Made by a program: the position numbers and the translations under genes. The notes below the pieces were generated by a model. It ran no database searches. It was not told the DNA's origin and saw only the letters and a program-made list of their open reading frames with translations. From assembly GCA_963798235.1 (NCBI GenBank), contig CAWCSN010000012.1:37194-101193 (forward strand): DNA of 64,000 nt, in the 5' to 3' direction. Shown here in pieces: positions 1 through 10,596 of the stretch; the stretch's first letter is position 1; each line of letters starts with the position of its first letter. This stretch comes from an uncultured Alphaproteobacteria bacterium (GTDB taxonomy: Bacteria; Pseudomonadota; Alphaproteobacteria; Rhodobacterales; Rhodobacteraceae).

Positions 1-921
1 GTCGACGCGGGCGCGCATCGGCACGTGCTCGTCGAGGTCGGCGTGGAGGAAGGCAAGGGGCAACTGGCCGGGCGGGCGGTCGAGGCCGACGGCCTCGCGC
101 ATCAGGAAGTCGAGCGGGGTCAGCGGCTCCGGGATCGGCGGCTCGGGGTCGCCCTCGAAGATGACGGGATCGAGGAAGCGGGCGAGGAGCGCCTGCTGGT
201 CGCCGGCGATCGAGCCGACCTGCTCGCCGAGGGTCAGGGTGATCTCGGCGGCGTTCCAGTCGCCGGTGCGGGCGAGGCAGAAGACCCGCGCCGGCAGGGT
301 CGGCGACAGCGAGGGGTTCTGGCGGAGCGCGAGGCAGGGCGGGCCGGCGCGGTCGAGGAGGAGGCCGATGTCGAACCAGCGCCGGAAGAGGTCGGGTGTG
401 TCGGGGCCGGCGCGGTTGATGAGGGCGTCGGCATCCTCGAGCGCCCCGTCCTCGAGCAGGCGGTCGATGCGCGCGACGAGGACGGCGGACTCGGAGGCCG
501 CGCCGGCGTCCGAACCCGAGTCCGAATTCCGGGGTGGCTGGCTGTCGGCGACGAGCAGGCGGTGGAAGAGCGCCCGCGCGGCGGGCACGCCGGCGTCGCG
601 GTGGGCGAGGATCAGGGCCTCGACGGCGGCGGCGTCGTCGGGTCCCCAGAGCGCCGCGGCGAAGCCGGTCTCCGCCGGGTCGAGCAGGCCGATGCCGTCG
701 CGGCTGAGGGCCGGGAGCGGGCGGACGGTGATGGTGTCGCCGGAGGGGATCGGCGGAAGCGTCGAGCGGGCGCGGCTCGGGGGCGGGGTGTTCTCGATGC
801 TGAGCGACAGCCATGGAATGGCGCTGCGCGGCTCGGCGGCCAGGGCGGCGGCGGAGAGGAGGAGCGAGGCGGCCAGCGCGGGAGCGCCGAGGCGGGCGAT
901 CCGGGGGAAGGGCCCGGTCAC
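1..921 (-). CDS. Secreted/periplasmic hypothetical protein, partial (runs off window start)
   Basis: GTG at 921 overlaps the TGA of the upstream small ORF. Open frame MTGPFPRIARLGAPALAASLLLSAAALAAEPRSAIPWLS... has a signal-peptide-like N-terminus and high-GC3 codons. Not in the ORF track because it has no stop inside the window. Confidence 0.75.
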   Translation of the reverse strand, partial: MTGPFPRIARLGAPALAASLLLSAAALAAEPRSAIPWLSLSIENTPPPSRARSTLPPIPSGDTITVRPLPALSRDGIGLLDPAETGFAAALWGPDDAAAVEALILAHRDAGVPAARALFHRLLVADSQPPRNSDSGSDAGAASESAVLVARIDRLLEDGALEDADALINRAGPDTPDLFRRWFDIGLLLDRAGPPCLALRQNPSLSPTLPARVFCLARTGDWNAAEITLTLGEQVGSIAGDQQALLARFLDPVIFEGDPEPPIPEPLTPLDFLMREAVGLDRPPGQLPLAFLHADLDEHVPMRARVD

Positions 922-1046
922 TTCGCCTCGACGGGAAGCTCGACCGTGTGCCGCGGGGCAGGCAGGTCCGAGAAGATCGCCAGCCCGACCAGCCCGACGA
1001 CGGCGACGAGCACCAGATAAAGGAGTATCTTCAAGACCACGCGCAT
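918..1046 (-). CDS. 42-aa single-TM small protein MRVVLKILLYLVLVAVVGLVGLAIFSDLPAPRHTVELPVEAK
   Basis: Hand-translated ATG..TGA; hydrophobic N-terminal helix; coupled by a GTGA overlap to the downstream gene; divergent from aroK. Confidence 0.7.
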   Translation of the reverse strand: MRVVLKILLYLVLVAVVGLVGLAIFSDLPAPRHTVELPVEAK

Positions 1047-1172
1047 TGGCTGCTCTGCCCGTTCGCTTTGCCGTGCCGCTTGACGCGGCATCGTAACTGT
1101 TCAATCACGGGACCGACCGCCGCGATCGCCTCTCGCGGACCTTAGCTCGGGTGCGGCCGGACGGCAATTGTC

Positions 1173-1772
1173 ATGATCGAGACTCCACAACCGCAAGCAG
1201 TGGAGGGGATGCGCCTCGGGCGTACCATCGTGCTCATCGGGTTGATGGGCGCCGGCAAGACCAGCGTCGGCAAGCGGCTGGCGGGGTTGCTCGGGGTGCC
1301 GTTCACCGATTCCGACAGCCGGATCGTCGAGGCCGCGGGCATGTCGATCCCGGAGATCTTCGCGAGCCTCGGCGAGGCGGCGTTCCGCGACGGCGAGCGG
1401 CGGGTGATCGCCCGCCTGATGGCCGAGCGGCCGGGGATCCTCGCGACCGGGGGCGGGGCGTTCCTCGATCCGCGGACGCGCGCGGAGATTGCGGCGCACG
1501 GGACCTCGGTCTGGCTGCGCGCCGACGTCGATACGCTGTGGGACCGGGTGCGCGACCGGCCCGGGCGGCCGCTGCTGCAGACCGCCGATCCGAAGGGGAC
1601 GCTGACCGACCTCCACCAGCGGCGCGCACCGATCTATGCGCTCGCGGACGTCATCGTCGACAGCCGCCGCGGGATCAGCCACGAGACGATGGCGCGGGCG
1701 ATCGTCTCGGGGGTGCGCGGCCACGACAGCGGCCGCCCCGACCGGCCCGCGACGCTGGAGGGCCTGCGATGA
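1173..1772 (+). CDS. aroK: Shikimate kinase
   Basis: GLMGAGKTSVG P-loop, DSD motif, ATGGG, RPLL; ATGA overlap with aroB. Confidence 0.95.
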   Translation: MIETPQPQAVEGMRLGRTIVLIGLMGAGKTSVGKRLAGLLGVPFTDSDSRIVEAAGMSIPEIFASLGEAAFRDGERRVIARLMAERPGILATGGGAFLDPRTRAEIAAHGTSVWLRADVDTLWDRVRDRPGRPLLQTADPKGTLTDLHQRRAPIYALADVIVDSRRGISHETMARAIVSGVRGHDSGRPDRPATLEGLR

Positions 1773-2908
1773 ACGCCGCGACCGTCTCCGTGCCGCTCGG
1801 CGCGCGGGCCTACGACATCCGCATCGGGCCGGGGCTGCTGGCCGGGGCAGGGGCGGAGATTGCGCCCCTGCTGCGCCGCAAGCGCGTCGCGGTGGTGACC
1901 GAGGAGCGCGTCGCGGCGCGGCACCTGCCGGCGCTGGTCGCGGGGCTCGGGGCCGCCGGGATCGAGGCGGCGGTTCTGGCGCTGCCGCCGGGGGAGGGGA
2001 CCAAGGGCTGGGCGGCGCTGGAGCGCACCGTCGAGTGGCTGATCGCCGAGCGGGTGGCGCGGGACGACATGGTGGTCGCCTTCGGCGGCGGCGTCGTCGG
2101 CGATCTCGCCGGCTTCGCGGCGGCGATCCTGCGGCGGGGGGTCGGCTTCGTGCAGATCCCGACGACGCTGCTCGCGCAGGTCGACAGCTCGGTCGGGGGC
2201 AAGACCGGGATCAATTCTCCGCAAGGCAAGAACCTCGTCGGGGCGTTTCATCAGCCGAAGCTGGTGCTCGCGGACACCGGGCTGCTCGACACGCTGCCCG
2301 AGCGCGACCTGCTCGCCGGCTATGGCGAGGTGGTGAAATACGGGCTGCTCGGCGATGCCGGCTTCTTCGACTGGCTCGAGGGGAACGGCCCGGCACTGCG
2401 GGCGGGGGACGCCGCGGCGCGGCTCCATGCGGTGCGGCGGTCCTGCGAGATGAAGGCGGAGATCGTCGTGCGCGACGAGACCGAGCAGGGCGACCGGGCA
2501 CTCCTCAACCTCGGGCATACCTTCGGGCACGCGCTGGAGGCGGCGACGGGATATTCCGACCGGCTGCTGCATGGCGAGGCGGTGGCGATCGGCTGCCAGC
2601 TCGCCTTCGACCTGTCGGCGCGCCTCGGGCTCTGCCCGCAGGAGGCGCCGAGCCGGGTGGCGGCGCATCTCGCGGCGATGGGGATGAAGCGCGACCTCGC
2701 CGACATCGCGGGCGCGCTGCCCGACGCGGACGCGCTGGTGACGCTGATGGGCCAGGACAAGAAGGTCCGCGACGGCCGCCTCGCCTTCGTGCTGGTGCGC
2801 GACATCGGGGCCGCCTTCGTCGCCCGGGACGTCGATCTCGGGCTGGTGCGAAGCCTTCTCGCCGAGGCGCTGTCCCGACGCGATGTGATCGCCACAGGTG
2901 CGACCTGA
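1769..2908 (+). CDS. aroB: 3-dehydroquinate synthase
   Basis: GGGVVGDLAGF, PTTLLAQVDSSVGGKTGIN, LNLGHTFGHALE, LHGEAV motifs; real start ATG 1769 lies inside ORF 1151..2908. Confidence 0.96.
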   Translation: MNAATVSVPLGARAYDIRIGPGLLAGAGAEIAPLLRRKRVAVVTEERVAARHLPALVAGLGAAGIEAAVLALPPGEGTKGWAALERTVEWLIAERVARDDMVVAFGGGVVGDLAGFAAAILRRGVGFVQIPTTLLAQVDSSVGGKTGINSPQGKNLVGAFHQPKLVLADTGLLDTLPERDLLAGYGEVVKYGLLGDAGFFDWLEGNGPALRAGDAAARLHAVRRSCEMKAEIVVRDETEQGDRALLNLGHTFGHALEAATGYSDRLLHGEAVAIGCQLAFDLSARLGLCPQEAPSRVAAHLAAMGMKRDLADIAGALPDADALVTLMGQDKKVRDGRLAFVLVRDIGAAFVARDVDLGLVRSLLAEALSRRDVIATGAT

Positions 2909-3043
2909 AAGCGCATCCCGTCGCGCTTATCGCTTGCCGAATCTGGCTCAGGCACTACAGATTGTTTACCAAGGGCGGACCACAACGAGGAGTACCGCGC
3001 GCTGGATGATAGGGATGGACTTGATGGGAAGCGGAGGTCGCCT

Positions 3044-3929
3044 ATGACGCGTGCAAGCCATCGACTGGCAACAGCCATCCTCGCGACCGGGTTCGCATTT
3101 TCCTTCGCAGGCCTCGCGCTCGCCCAGACCAGTTCATCCTCGCCGCCGGTGCCCGCCGAACCTTCGGTCGCGATCCCGGCGCCGGCCAACGCCCAACCCG
3201 GTTTCCTGTCCGCCGGCGGAGCGCTCGATTCGGCGACCCCGGATGTGGTGGTGACGCTGCGCGCCGGCGTGCAGGTGAGCCCGTCCTACTTCGGCTCGTC
3301 CAAGTCCGAGCTCGGGCCCGACCTCGCGGTGCGCTTCGACTACGTGAAGTTTCCCGGCGGCTTCGAGTACGGCTCGTCGCGCGCGGTCGGCTTCCGCAGC
3401 GGTTGGGGCCTTCAGGGGTCGGTCCGCTACATCGGCGAGCGCAAGGACGACCAAATTCCGGGGCTCGACGACGTTCCGTGGTCGCTTGAGGCCGGGCTTG
3501 GCGTTGGCTACGAGCAGCGCAGCTGGCGGGCCTTTGCTGACGTGCGCTACGGCTTTATCGGGCACAACACCTGGGTCGGCCAGCTTGGTGCCGACGCGAT
3601 CGCCTATCCGATCGAGGGCCTGACGCTGACCGCCGGACCGCGGCTGGAGTTCGGCACGGACAAGTTCGCGCAGACCTACTTCGGGGTGTCGTCGGAGGAG
3701 TTCGACCGCTTCGGGGCTCGCCCAATACGACGCATCGGGCGGGTTGCTCGCTGCCGGCCTCGAGGTCGGAGCGCGCTACCTCTTCAACGAGCGGTGGGGC
3801 GTCGAGGGGGCGATCGGCTACGACCGGCTGGTCAACGACGCCGCGGATTCGCCGATCACGCAGGACGGCTCACCGGACCAGTACACGGCCCGCATCGGCA
3901 TCACCCGCCGGATCAGCCTCGACTTCTGA
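3044..3929 (+). CDS. MipA/OmpV family outer-membrane protein (one frameshift near 3710-3720)
   Basis: Signal peptide, PSYFGS, YFGVS; a second frame (3744..3929) carries YDRLVNDAADSPI and a terminal Phe typical of OMPs. Confidence 0.82.
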
Positions 3930-4875
3930 CGGGTGCTCGCACGCGGCTGACTTCGGCCGCTATGCGGTCGAGGTGCCGGTCCCATGTTCCGCAGCATCCT
4001 CCCCAGATGTCGATGCCGGGAAACCGTTCTGCGATCGATCCGAGTTGCGCACCGAGTTCGTCCGGGTTGCCGTCGACGAGGTGTCCGATCTGGCAGAGCG
4101 CCTGCTTGTCCATCATCGCCGCGTTCGGGCGGATTGCCCGCAGGCGGTCGCTCCACGCCCCCGGCTCCAGAGCGTGCCCGAATTCCAGCGGATGCGAGCA
4201 GTTGATGCCGTAGAAATCCGGCCGTGCCGGCCCGCAGGCGGCGTCGACCGCCTCGATCGCGGAACGCAGGTCCGGTCCCGACTTCAGCCGGCCGGTCGTG
4301 CCGTCGAGCGTCAGGTAAAGGCCGAGCGGCAGGCCGGCGGCATGGGCGGCGCGGGCGACGCCGATGGCTTCGGGCACGCCGTTGAAGGTCATCGCGCTGA
4401 CGAGATCGACGCCCGCCCGGCGGAGCGTCGCGATCTGGACGGCGTGGTATTCCTCCGCCTCCTCGGCGGTGATGGTCCGGTTGAGCTGATAGGCGTCGCC
4501 GCGGGGGCCGACGATGCCGCTGATGAGCAGGCCGGTCAGTTGCGCGGCGAAGGGCTCGGCCACCGCGCGCAGGAAGTCGAGGGAGCGCCGCTGCATCGTT
4601 TCGAGGGCGTCGAGCGAGTATCCGAGCTTGGCGGCCCAATCGGGGCTCGCCCGGTAATCGAGGCCCCCGACCAGCGCCACGAAGCCATGGTCCACCGCGA
4701 CCTCGAAATAGCGGGTCCACATGGCGCGCAGGTCATCGACGGCCTTCGGTCGATCGAGCAGCGGGTACATCGCGAATTCCGGCAGGTCGTGACCGTGCCG
4801 GTAGAGGATCTCGGTCTCTTGCCCCCCTTCGGTCAGGTAGAGCGTCCCGGATCGCTGCGCTGGAAAACCCGCCAT
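3913..4875 (-). CDS. Homocysteine S-methyltransferase family protein
   Basis: LTEGGQETE, GPRGDAY, GINCSHP and GGCCGT Zn-binding motifs. Confidence 0.88.
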   Translation of the reverse strand: MAGFPAQRSGTLYLTEGGQETEILYRHGHDLPEFAMYPLLDRPKAVDDLRAMWTRYFEVAVDHGFVALVGGLDYRASPDWAAKLGYSLDALETMQRRSLDFLRAVAEPFAAQLTGLLISGIVGPRGDAYQLNRTITAEEAEEYHAVQIATLRRAGVDLVSAMTFNGVPEAIGVARAAHAAGLPLGLYLTLDGTTGRLKSGPDLRSAIEAVDAACGPARPDFYGINCSHPLEFGHALEPGAWSDRLRAIRPNAAMMDKQALCQIGHLVDGNPDELGAQLGSIAERFPGIDIWGGCCGTWDRHLDRIAAEVSRVRAPVRSRG

Positions 4876-4951
4876 CTGAGCCTCCCCGGGCCGCGGATCG
4901 CCAAGCGTAGCACAAAATAGAGACCGGGCACAGGACGCCGCCTCCGGCGCC

Positions 4952-6512
4952 TTACAGGCTGGCGGCGGGGGAGCGGCGGAGGGCGGCGCGGACGTCGGCG
5001 GGGCGGATGGCGCCGAAGGCGAAGACGGCGGCGAGGTAGGCGAGAAAGCCGAGGCCGACGAGGATGAGAAGCGCGAGATAGCGCAGCCCGGTGTCCTCCA
5101 GTGCGCCGGCGAGCAGGTGGGCGGCGACGACCAGGACGACGCCCATGGCGACGCTGGCGAGGAGGATGCGGGGCATGGCGCGGCGCAGGCGGGCGTCGGG
5201 CTCGGCGGCGTCGCCCATGCGCCGGCTGCCGAGCCAGAGCTGGAGCATCATCACCCAGCCGGCGACGGTGGTGCCGAGCGCCGCGGCGATGAAGCCGATG
5301 AAGGGGGCGAGGCCGAGGGCGATGGCGGCGTTCACGATCATCGCGTGGAGGGCGTAGCGGAAGGGCGAGCGGGTGTCCTCGCGCGCGTAGTAGAGCGGCG
5401 ACAGCACCTTCTGCATGACGAAGGCCGGGAGGCCGGCGCCGTAGACGGCGACGGCGAGGGCGGTCGGCCAGCTGTCGGCGCGGTCGAAGGCGCCGCGCTC
5501 GAAGAGCACCGAGACGATCGGCAGCGGGATCACCATCAGCGCGACGGCGGCGGGGAGGGTCAGGACGAGGGTGAACTCCGTCGCCCGGTTGATCGCGTCG
5601 CGGCCGCCACTGCCGTCGTCGGCCCTCAGACGGCGGGAGAGGTCGGGGAGCAGCACGACGCCGATGGCGATGCCGACGACGCCGAGGGGCAGCTGGTAGA
5701 GGCGGTCGGCGTAGGAGAGCCAGGCGACGGCGCCGTCGAAGAACGAGCCGACCTGACGGCCGACCATCAGGTTGATCTGCACGACCCCGCCGGCGAGAAG
5801 GGCGGGCACCATGATGACCGTCAGGCGCTTCATCTCGGGGGTGAGGCGGGGCCAGCGCGGCAGGACCGGCATCCCGGCGCGGGCGCAGCCCCACCAGATC
5901 AGGGCGAGCTGGGCGACGCCGGCGATGGGGACCGACCAGAATCTGCCAGAGGCCGATGTTGCGGTGGGTGTACCAGGCGAAGACCAGGAAGGCGATCATC
6001 ACCACGTTCATCAGGATCGGCGCCGCCGCGGCGAGGGCGAAGCGGCCGAGGGAGTTGAGGACGCCGGAGAGCAGGGCGGTGAGGGAGATCAGCAGGACGT
6101 AGGGAAAGGCGATGCGGCCGTGCTCGATCGAGAGGGTGAAGCGTTCGTCGCCGTAGAAGCCGCTCGCCATGGCGTAGACCAGCGCCGGCATCGCGATCCA
6201 GCCGACGATGACGAGGATGACCAGCACGAAGGCGAGGCCGGAGAGCGCATCGCGGGCGAAGCTCTCGGCATCCTCGCCGGCCTCGACCTTCTTGGCGAAC
6301 AGCGGCACGAAGGCGAGGTTGAAGGCGCCCTCGGCGAAGAAGCGGCGGAACATGTTGGGCAGGGTGAAGGCGATCAGGAAGGCCTGGGCGACCGCGCCGG
6401 TGCCGAGGAAGGCCGCCATCAGGATGTCGCGGAACAGGCCGAGGACGCGGGACACCAGCGTCCACGCGCCGACGCTGAGAAAGGCGGGCAGCAGCCGGAT
6501 CGGGCGGTTCAC
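4952..6512 (-). CDS. murJ: Lipid II flippase MurJ/MviN (one frameshift near 5930-5945)
   Basis: GTG at 6512 overlaps the glnD stop. N-half SRVLGLFRD, LPNMFRRFFAEGAF; C-half YADRLYQLPLG, LFERGAF. Confidence 0.93.
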
Positions 6513-9313
6513 TTGTCGGCCCCGGCGCCCTGCTCGATGATCTTGCGCAGGCGCTGCTCGAGGCTGTTGCGCTTGCTCTCGGCATGGAGCTTCAGGCCGA
6601 AGAGATCCTTGACGTAGAAGACGTCGACCGCCTGCTTTCCATAGGTCGCGATGATCGCGCTGGCGATCGAGATGTTGTTCTGGGTCAGCGTCCGCGCGAG
6701 GTCGTAGAGCAGGCCGGGACGGTCGCGGGTCTCGACCTCGATGATCGTGTAGATGTCGGAGCCGGTGTTGTCGAAGCTGATCCGGGTCGGGACGACGAAG
6801 CCGCGCTCGCGCCGCTTGATCTTGTCCTTGTCCCTCAGCGCCTCGCGCGCGACGATCTCGCCGCGCAGGATGCGGTGGACGCTGTTGCGCAGCCGCATCA
6901 GCCGGTGCTTCTCGTAGGGCTTGCCCTCGGAGTCCTGGATCCAGAAGCAGGCGGTGGCGATCCCGTCGGTCGAGGTATAGGTGCGCGCATCGACGACGTT
7001 GGCGCCGGCGAAGGCGAGCGCGCCGGCGAGGCGGGCGAAGATGCCCGGGTGGTCGTTCATCGCGAAGCACGCCTGGGTGGCGTCGCGCTCGAAGTCGAGA
7101 TCGAACCACATCTCGGTCTCGTCGTCGCCCAGCTTGCGGACCAGTTCGGCGAAGATCGCGTGGGTGCGGGTGTCGAACCCGATCCAGTAGGGCGGATAAT
7201 GCCGCGCGGCCTCGGCCTCGATCTCGGCGGCGGGCCACTCGGTGAGCTCGGCCGCGAGGGCCTCGCGCGCCGCCGCCGCCCGCTCGGGCCGGCTCTGCGC
7301 CTGGCTGCCGCCGGTGAGGACCTCGAGGGTCTCATTGTAGAGGCCGCGGATCAGCATCGCCTTCCAGTTGTTCCAGACGCCCGGCCCCACGCCGCGGATG
7401 TCGCAGACCGTCAGCACGGTCAGGAGCTTGAGGCGGGTCGGGCTCTTCACCGTGCGGGCGAAGTCGCGGGCGGTGCGCGGGTCGGTCAGGTCGCGCTTCT
7501 GGGCGACGTCCGACATGAGCAGGTGGTGCTGGACCAGCCAGGCGACGAGTTCGGTTTCCTCCTCGTCGAGCCCGAGGCGGGGGCCGAGGTCGCGGGCGGT
7601 CTCGGCGCCGACGGTCGAGTGATCGCGGCCCGAACCCTTGCCGATATCGTGGAGGAGAAGGGCGACGTAGAGCACCCGCCGGTTGACGCCGCGGCCGAGG
7701 ATCTCGGACGAGATCGGCAGGTCGTCGAGCAGCTCGCGGCGCTCGATCTGCGAGAGGGTCGAGATCGTGCGGATGATGTGCTCGTCCACCGTGTAGTGGT
7801 GGTACATGTTGAACTGCATCATCGCGACGATGCGCCCGAAGTCGGGAATGAAGGCGCCGAGGACGCCGACCTCGTTCATCAGCCGCAGCGCCCGGTCGGG
7901 GTTGTTGTGCCCGAGCAGGAGGTTGAGGAAGATCCGGTTCGCCTCGGGGTCGTTGCGGAGCGCGTCGTCGATCAGCCCGAGGCTGGAGGCGACGCGGCGG
8001 AGCGTGTCGGGGTGGATCGGAATGCCGGTGGCCAGCCCCTCGTCGAAGAGGCGGAGGATGTTGATCGGCTCCTTCTCGAAGGCCGCCTCGTCGGCGAAAT
8101 CGAGGCGGCCGTTCTTGAGCCGGAAGGGGCCGCCGGTGGCGCCCTTGCCGAAGGCGAAGGCCGAGCGCAGGCGCCGCCCGATGTTGGGCTTCGACTTGGC
8201 GTGGCGCGCCTCGAGGCCGGAGAGGAAGATGCGGGTCAGGTCGCCGACTTGCTTGGCGTGGCGAAAGTAGTCCTGCATGAACCGCTCGACCGACCGCTGG
8301 CCGACGGTCGATTCGTAGCCGAGGGTGGCGGCGAGCTCGACCTGGGTGTCGAAGGTGAGCTGCTCGCTGGCGCGGCCGTTGAGCAGGTGGAGCTGGACGC
8401 GCGTCGTCCACAGGAAGGCTTCGGCCTCGGTGAAGACGCCGTATTCGTCGGCGGTGAAGACCCCGACCTCGACGAGATCGTCGGTGGTCATCGTGCGGTT
8501 GAGGTATTTCGCGATCCAGTAGAGCGTCTGCAGGTCGCGCAGGCCGCCCTTGCCCTCCTTGACGTTGGGTTCGAGCAGGTAGCGCGTGCTGCCCTGGCGG
8601 GCGTGACGCTGGGCGCGCTCCGCGAGCTTCAGCTCGATGAACTCGGAGCCGGTGGTGCCGAAGTATTCCCACAGCCGGTCGCGGAGCCGGATGGCGAGGG
8701 CCTCGTCGCCCCACAGGAAGCGGTGCTCGAGCAGGCTGGTGCGCACGGTGATGTCGCTGCGGGCGTAGCGCAGGCAGTCGTCGATGGTGCGGACCGAGTG
8801 GCCGACCTTGAGGCGCATGTCCCACAGGCAGTAGAGCGCGCTCTCGATCAGGCTCTCGCCCCACGGGGTCTGCTTGTAGGGGGTGACGAACAGCAGGTCG
8901 ACATCGGAGAAGGGCGCCATCTCGGCGCGTCCGAAGCCGCCGACCGCGATCGCGGAGACCCGCTCGGAGGCGGTCGGGTTGGGCAGCGGGTGGAGCCAGC
9001 GGTGGGCGACGTGAAGGGCCAGGGTGACGATGCGGTCGGCGAGCCAGGCGTAGTCGTGGATCGCCCGGTGCGCCTCGCGCGGGGCGGCGGCGATGGCGGC
9101 GGCGATGGCGGCGCGGCCCTCGGCATGGGCGGCGCGCATCACCGGGACGACGGCGGCGCGGACGCCCGAACGCTGCGGCGCCGCGGCTGCCGCCGCGTCG
9201 ACGGCCGCCTGCACGGTGGGCATGTCGAGGATGCTGTCGGGGGGCTCGATCAGCCCCCGCCAGAGTGGCGCCTGGCGGGGTAGCCCGCCGAGGTCAGAAA
9301 CCAACGTTTTCAA
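6509..9313 (-). CDS. glnD: Bifunctional uridylyltransferase/uridylyl-removing enzyme GlnD
   Basis: AVGGFGRAEMAPFSDVDLL NTase motif, KEGKGGLRD, HD domain (LLHDIGKG), two ACT domains (DHPGIF, DRPGLL). Start uncertain (TTG 9313 chosen). Confidence 0.95.
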   Translation of the reverse strand: MKTLVSDLGGLPRQAPLWRGLIEPPDSILDMPTVQAAVDAAAAAAPQRSGVRAAVVPVMRAAHAEGRAAIAAAIAAAPREAHRAIHDYAWLADRIVTLALHVAHRWLHPLPNPTASERVSAIAVGGFGRAEMAPFSDVDLLFVTPYKQTPWGESLIESALYCLWDMRLKVGHSVRTIDDCLRYARSDITVRTSLLEHRFLWGDEALAIRLRDRLWEYFGTTGSEFIELKLAERAQRHARQGSTRYLLEPNVKEGKGGLRDLQTLYWIAKYLNRTMTTDDLVEVGVFTADEYGVFTEAEAFLWTTRVQLHLLNGRASEQLTFDTQVELAATLGYESTVGQRSVERFMQDYFRHAKQVGDLTRIFLSGLEARHAKSKPNIGRRLRSAFAFGKGATGGPFRLKNGRLDFADEAAFEKEPINILRLFDEGLATGIPIHPDTLRRVASSLGLIDDALRNDPEANRIFLNLLLGHNNPDRALRLMNEVGVLGAFIPDFGRIVAMMQFNMYHHYTVDEHIIRTISTLSQIERRELLDDLPISSEILGRGVNRRVLYVALLLHDIGKGSGRDHSTVGAETARDLGPRLGLDEEETELVAWLVQHHLLMSDVAQKRDLTDPRTARDFARTVKSPTRLKLLTVLTVCDIRGVGPGVWNNWKAMLIRGLYNETLEVLTGGSQAQSRPERAAAAREALAAELTEWPAAEIEAEAARHYPPYWIGFDTRTHAIFAELVRKLGDDETEMWFDLDFERDATQACFAMNDHPGIFARLAGALAFAGANVVDARTYTSTDGIATACFWIQDSEGKPYEKHRLMRLRNSVHRILRGEIVAREALRDKDKIKRRERGFVVPTRISFDNTGSDIYTIIEVETRDRPGLLYDLARTLTQNNISIASAIIATYGKQAVDVFYVKDLFGLKLHAESKRNSLEQRLRKIIEQGAGADK

Positions 9314-10511
9314 ACGAGCGTGCTGCCCTTTCCGCCACGACCGCCTGACCGTTCTGCACGACGAGGATCGCAAGGTTGCGCTGCGCCACACCGCTCGGGG
9401 TCAGGCGGAACGGACCGTTGGCCCCGGCGAAGCCCGACGCTTGGGTAAGGCGGGCCGTCGAGAACGGGCTTCCGCCCTGGGCCCGGGCCTCGGCGACGAG
9501 GGCGCCGATGGCGGCGACGGCGTCGAAGGCGAGGCCGGCCAGTTCGTGCGGGGGCTCGCCATAGGCGGTCTGGTAGCGGCCGCGGAAGGCGCCGAGCGTC
9601 GCCGGGTCCGGCGCCGCGAAGACGCCGCCCTGGAGGCTCGGCACCGCGAGGGCCTCGGCCGAGGTGTCCCAGCGCTGCATGCCGAGGAACTGGGCCTGGG
9701 TGACGCCGTTGCCGCGCAGCGCCTCCGAGATGAAGGAGAGCCCGCCGGTCGGTCCGTCGGTGAGGATGACGGCGTTGGCGCCGGCGTTGGTCATCGCGGC
9801 CGCGACCGGTCCTGCCGCCGCCTGGATGCCCTCGACCGACAGGTTGTAGCCTTCGCTGGCGACCAGCGTGGCGCCGCGGGCGGTCACCGCCTCGCGCACC
9901 GCGTCACGGGCGGTCTCGCCCTCCAGCCCGGCCGGGTAGACGACGCCGAAGCTGTTGAGACCCCGCGACTGGCCGTAGGAAACGAGGCGGTCGGCGGTGT
10001 TGCGGAAGGTCGTGCCGAGGACATAGACGTTGCCGCCGGCGACCGAGGGATTGTTGCTCAGGCTGAGCAGGGTCAGCCCGGCGGCGGACGCCGGCCCCTC
10101 GGCGCCGGCGGTCTCGGTGCTGAAAAGCGGGCCGACGATGATCTTCGCGCCCGCGGCGACCGCTTGGGCGGCGGCCGCGGATCCGCCGGCCGTGCTGCCC
10201 GAAGTCGGGTATACGGTGAGCTCGAGCGTGGCGTCGCGCAGGTCGGCCTGGGCGAGCCGGGCCGCGTTCTCGAGGCTGCGCGCGATCTGCTCGCGGCCGG
10301 GGTCCCCGGTGCCGTAGGGCAGGAGCAGCGCCACCTTGACCGGCTGGCTGGGATCGACGGTGATCCCGTCGTTGCCGGCGACACGCGCACCCGGCGCGGC
10401 GCAGGCCGCGAGCGTCGCGGTGGCGAGGATCAGCGCCGCGGTGCGGAGCCGGGCCACGGCCGGAAACCGGAGGGCGGGAAAGCGGATGGCGGGAAATCGA
10501 GTTGACAGCAT
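9294..10511 (-). CDS. Penicillin-binding protein activator LpoA/LppC-like lipoprotein
   Basis: Lipobox LAAC, VALLLP, IIVGPLFS, GFAGANGPFRL; divergent from rsmI-yraN as usual. Confidence 0.85.
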   Translation of the reverse strand: MLSTRFPAIRFPALRFPAVARLRTAALILATATLAACAAPGARVAGNDGITVDPSQPVKVALLLPYGTGDPGREQIARSLENAARLAQADLRDATLELTVYPTSGSTAGGSAAAAQAVAAGAKIIVGPLFSTETAGAEGPASAAGLTLLSLSNNPSVAGGNVYVLGTTFRNTADRLVSYGQSRGLNSFGVVYPAGLEGETARDAVREAVTARGATLVASEGYNLSVEGIQAAAGPVAAAMTNAGANAVILTDGPTGGLSFISEALRGNGVTQAQFLGMQRWDTSAEALAVPSLQGGVFAAPDPATLGAFRGRYQTAYGEPPHELAGLAFDAVAAIGALVAEARAQGGSPFSTARLTQASGFAGANGPFRLTPSGVAQRNLAILVVQNGQAVVAERAARSFENVGF

Positions 10512-10596
10512 CGGTCCTCGGCGAGAACGTGAGGCGGATTTCGGCCCGCGGGAGCCGTTGGAACCTACGGTCAGGGTGGCCGGAAGTAAACTTCGA

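Noticed and set aside
10455-10500. Three 15-nt repeats encoding RFPAI-RFPAL-RFPAV in the lipoprotein signal peptide
   Set aside because: In-frame micro-duplication in a tolerant n-region; no evidence of function.
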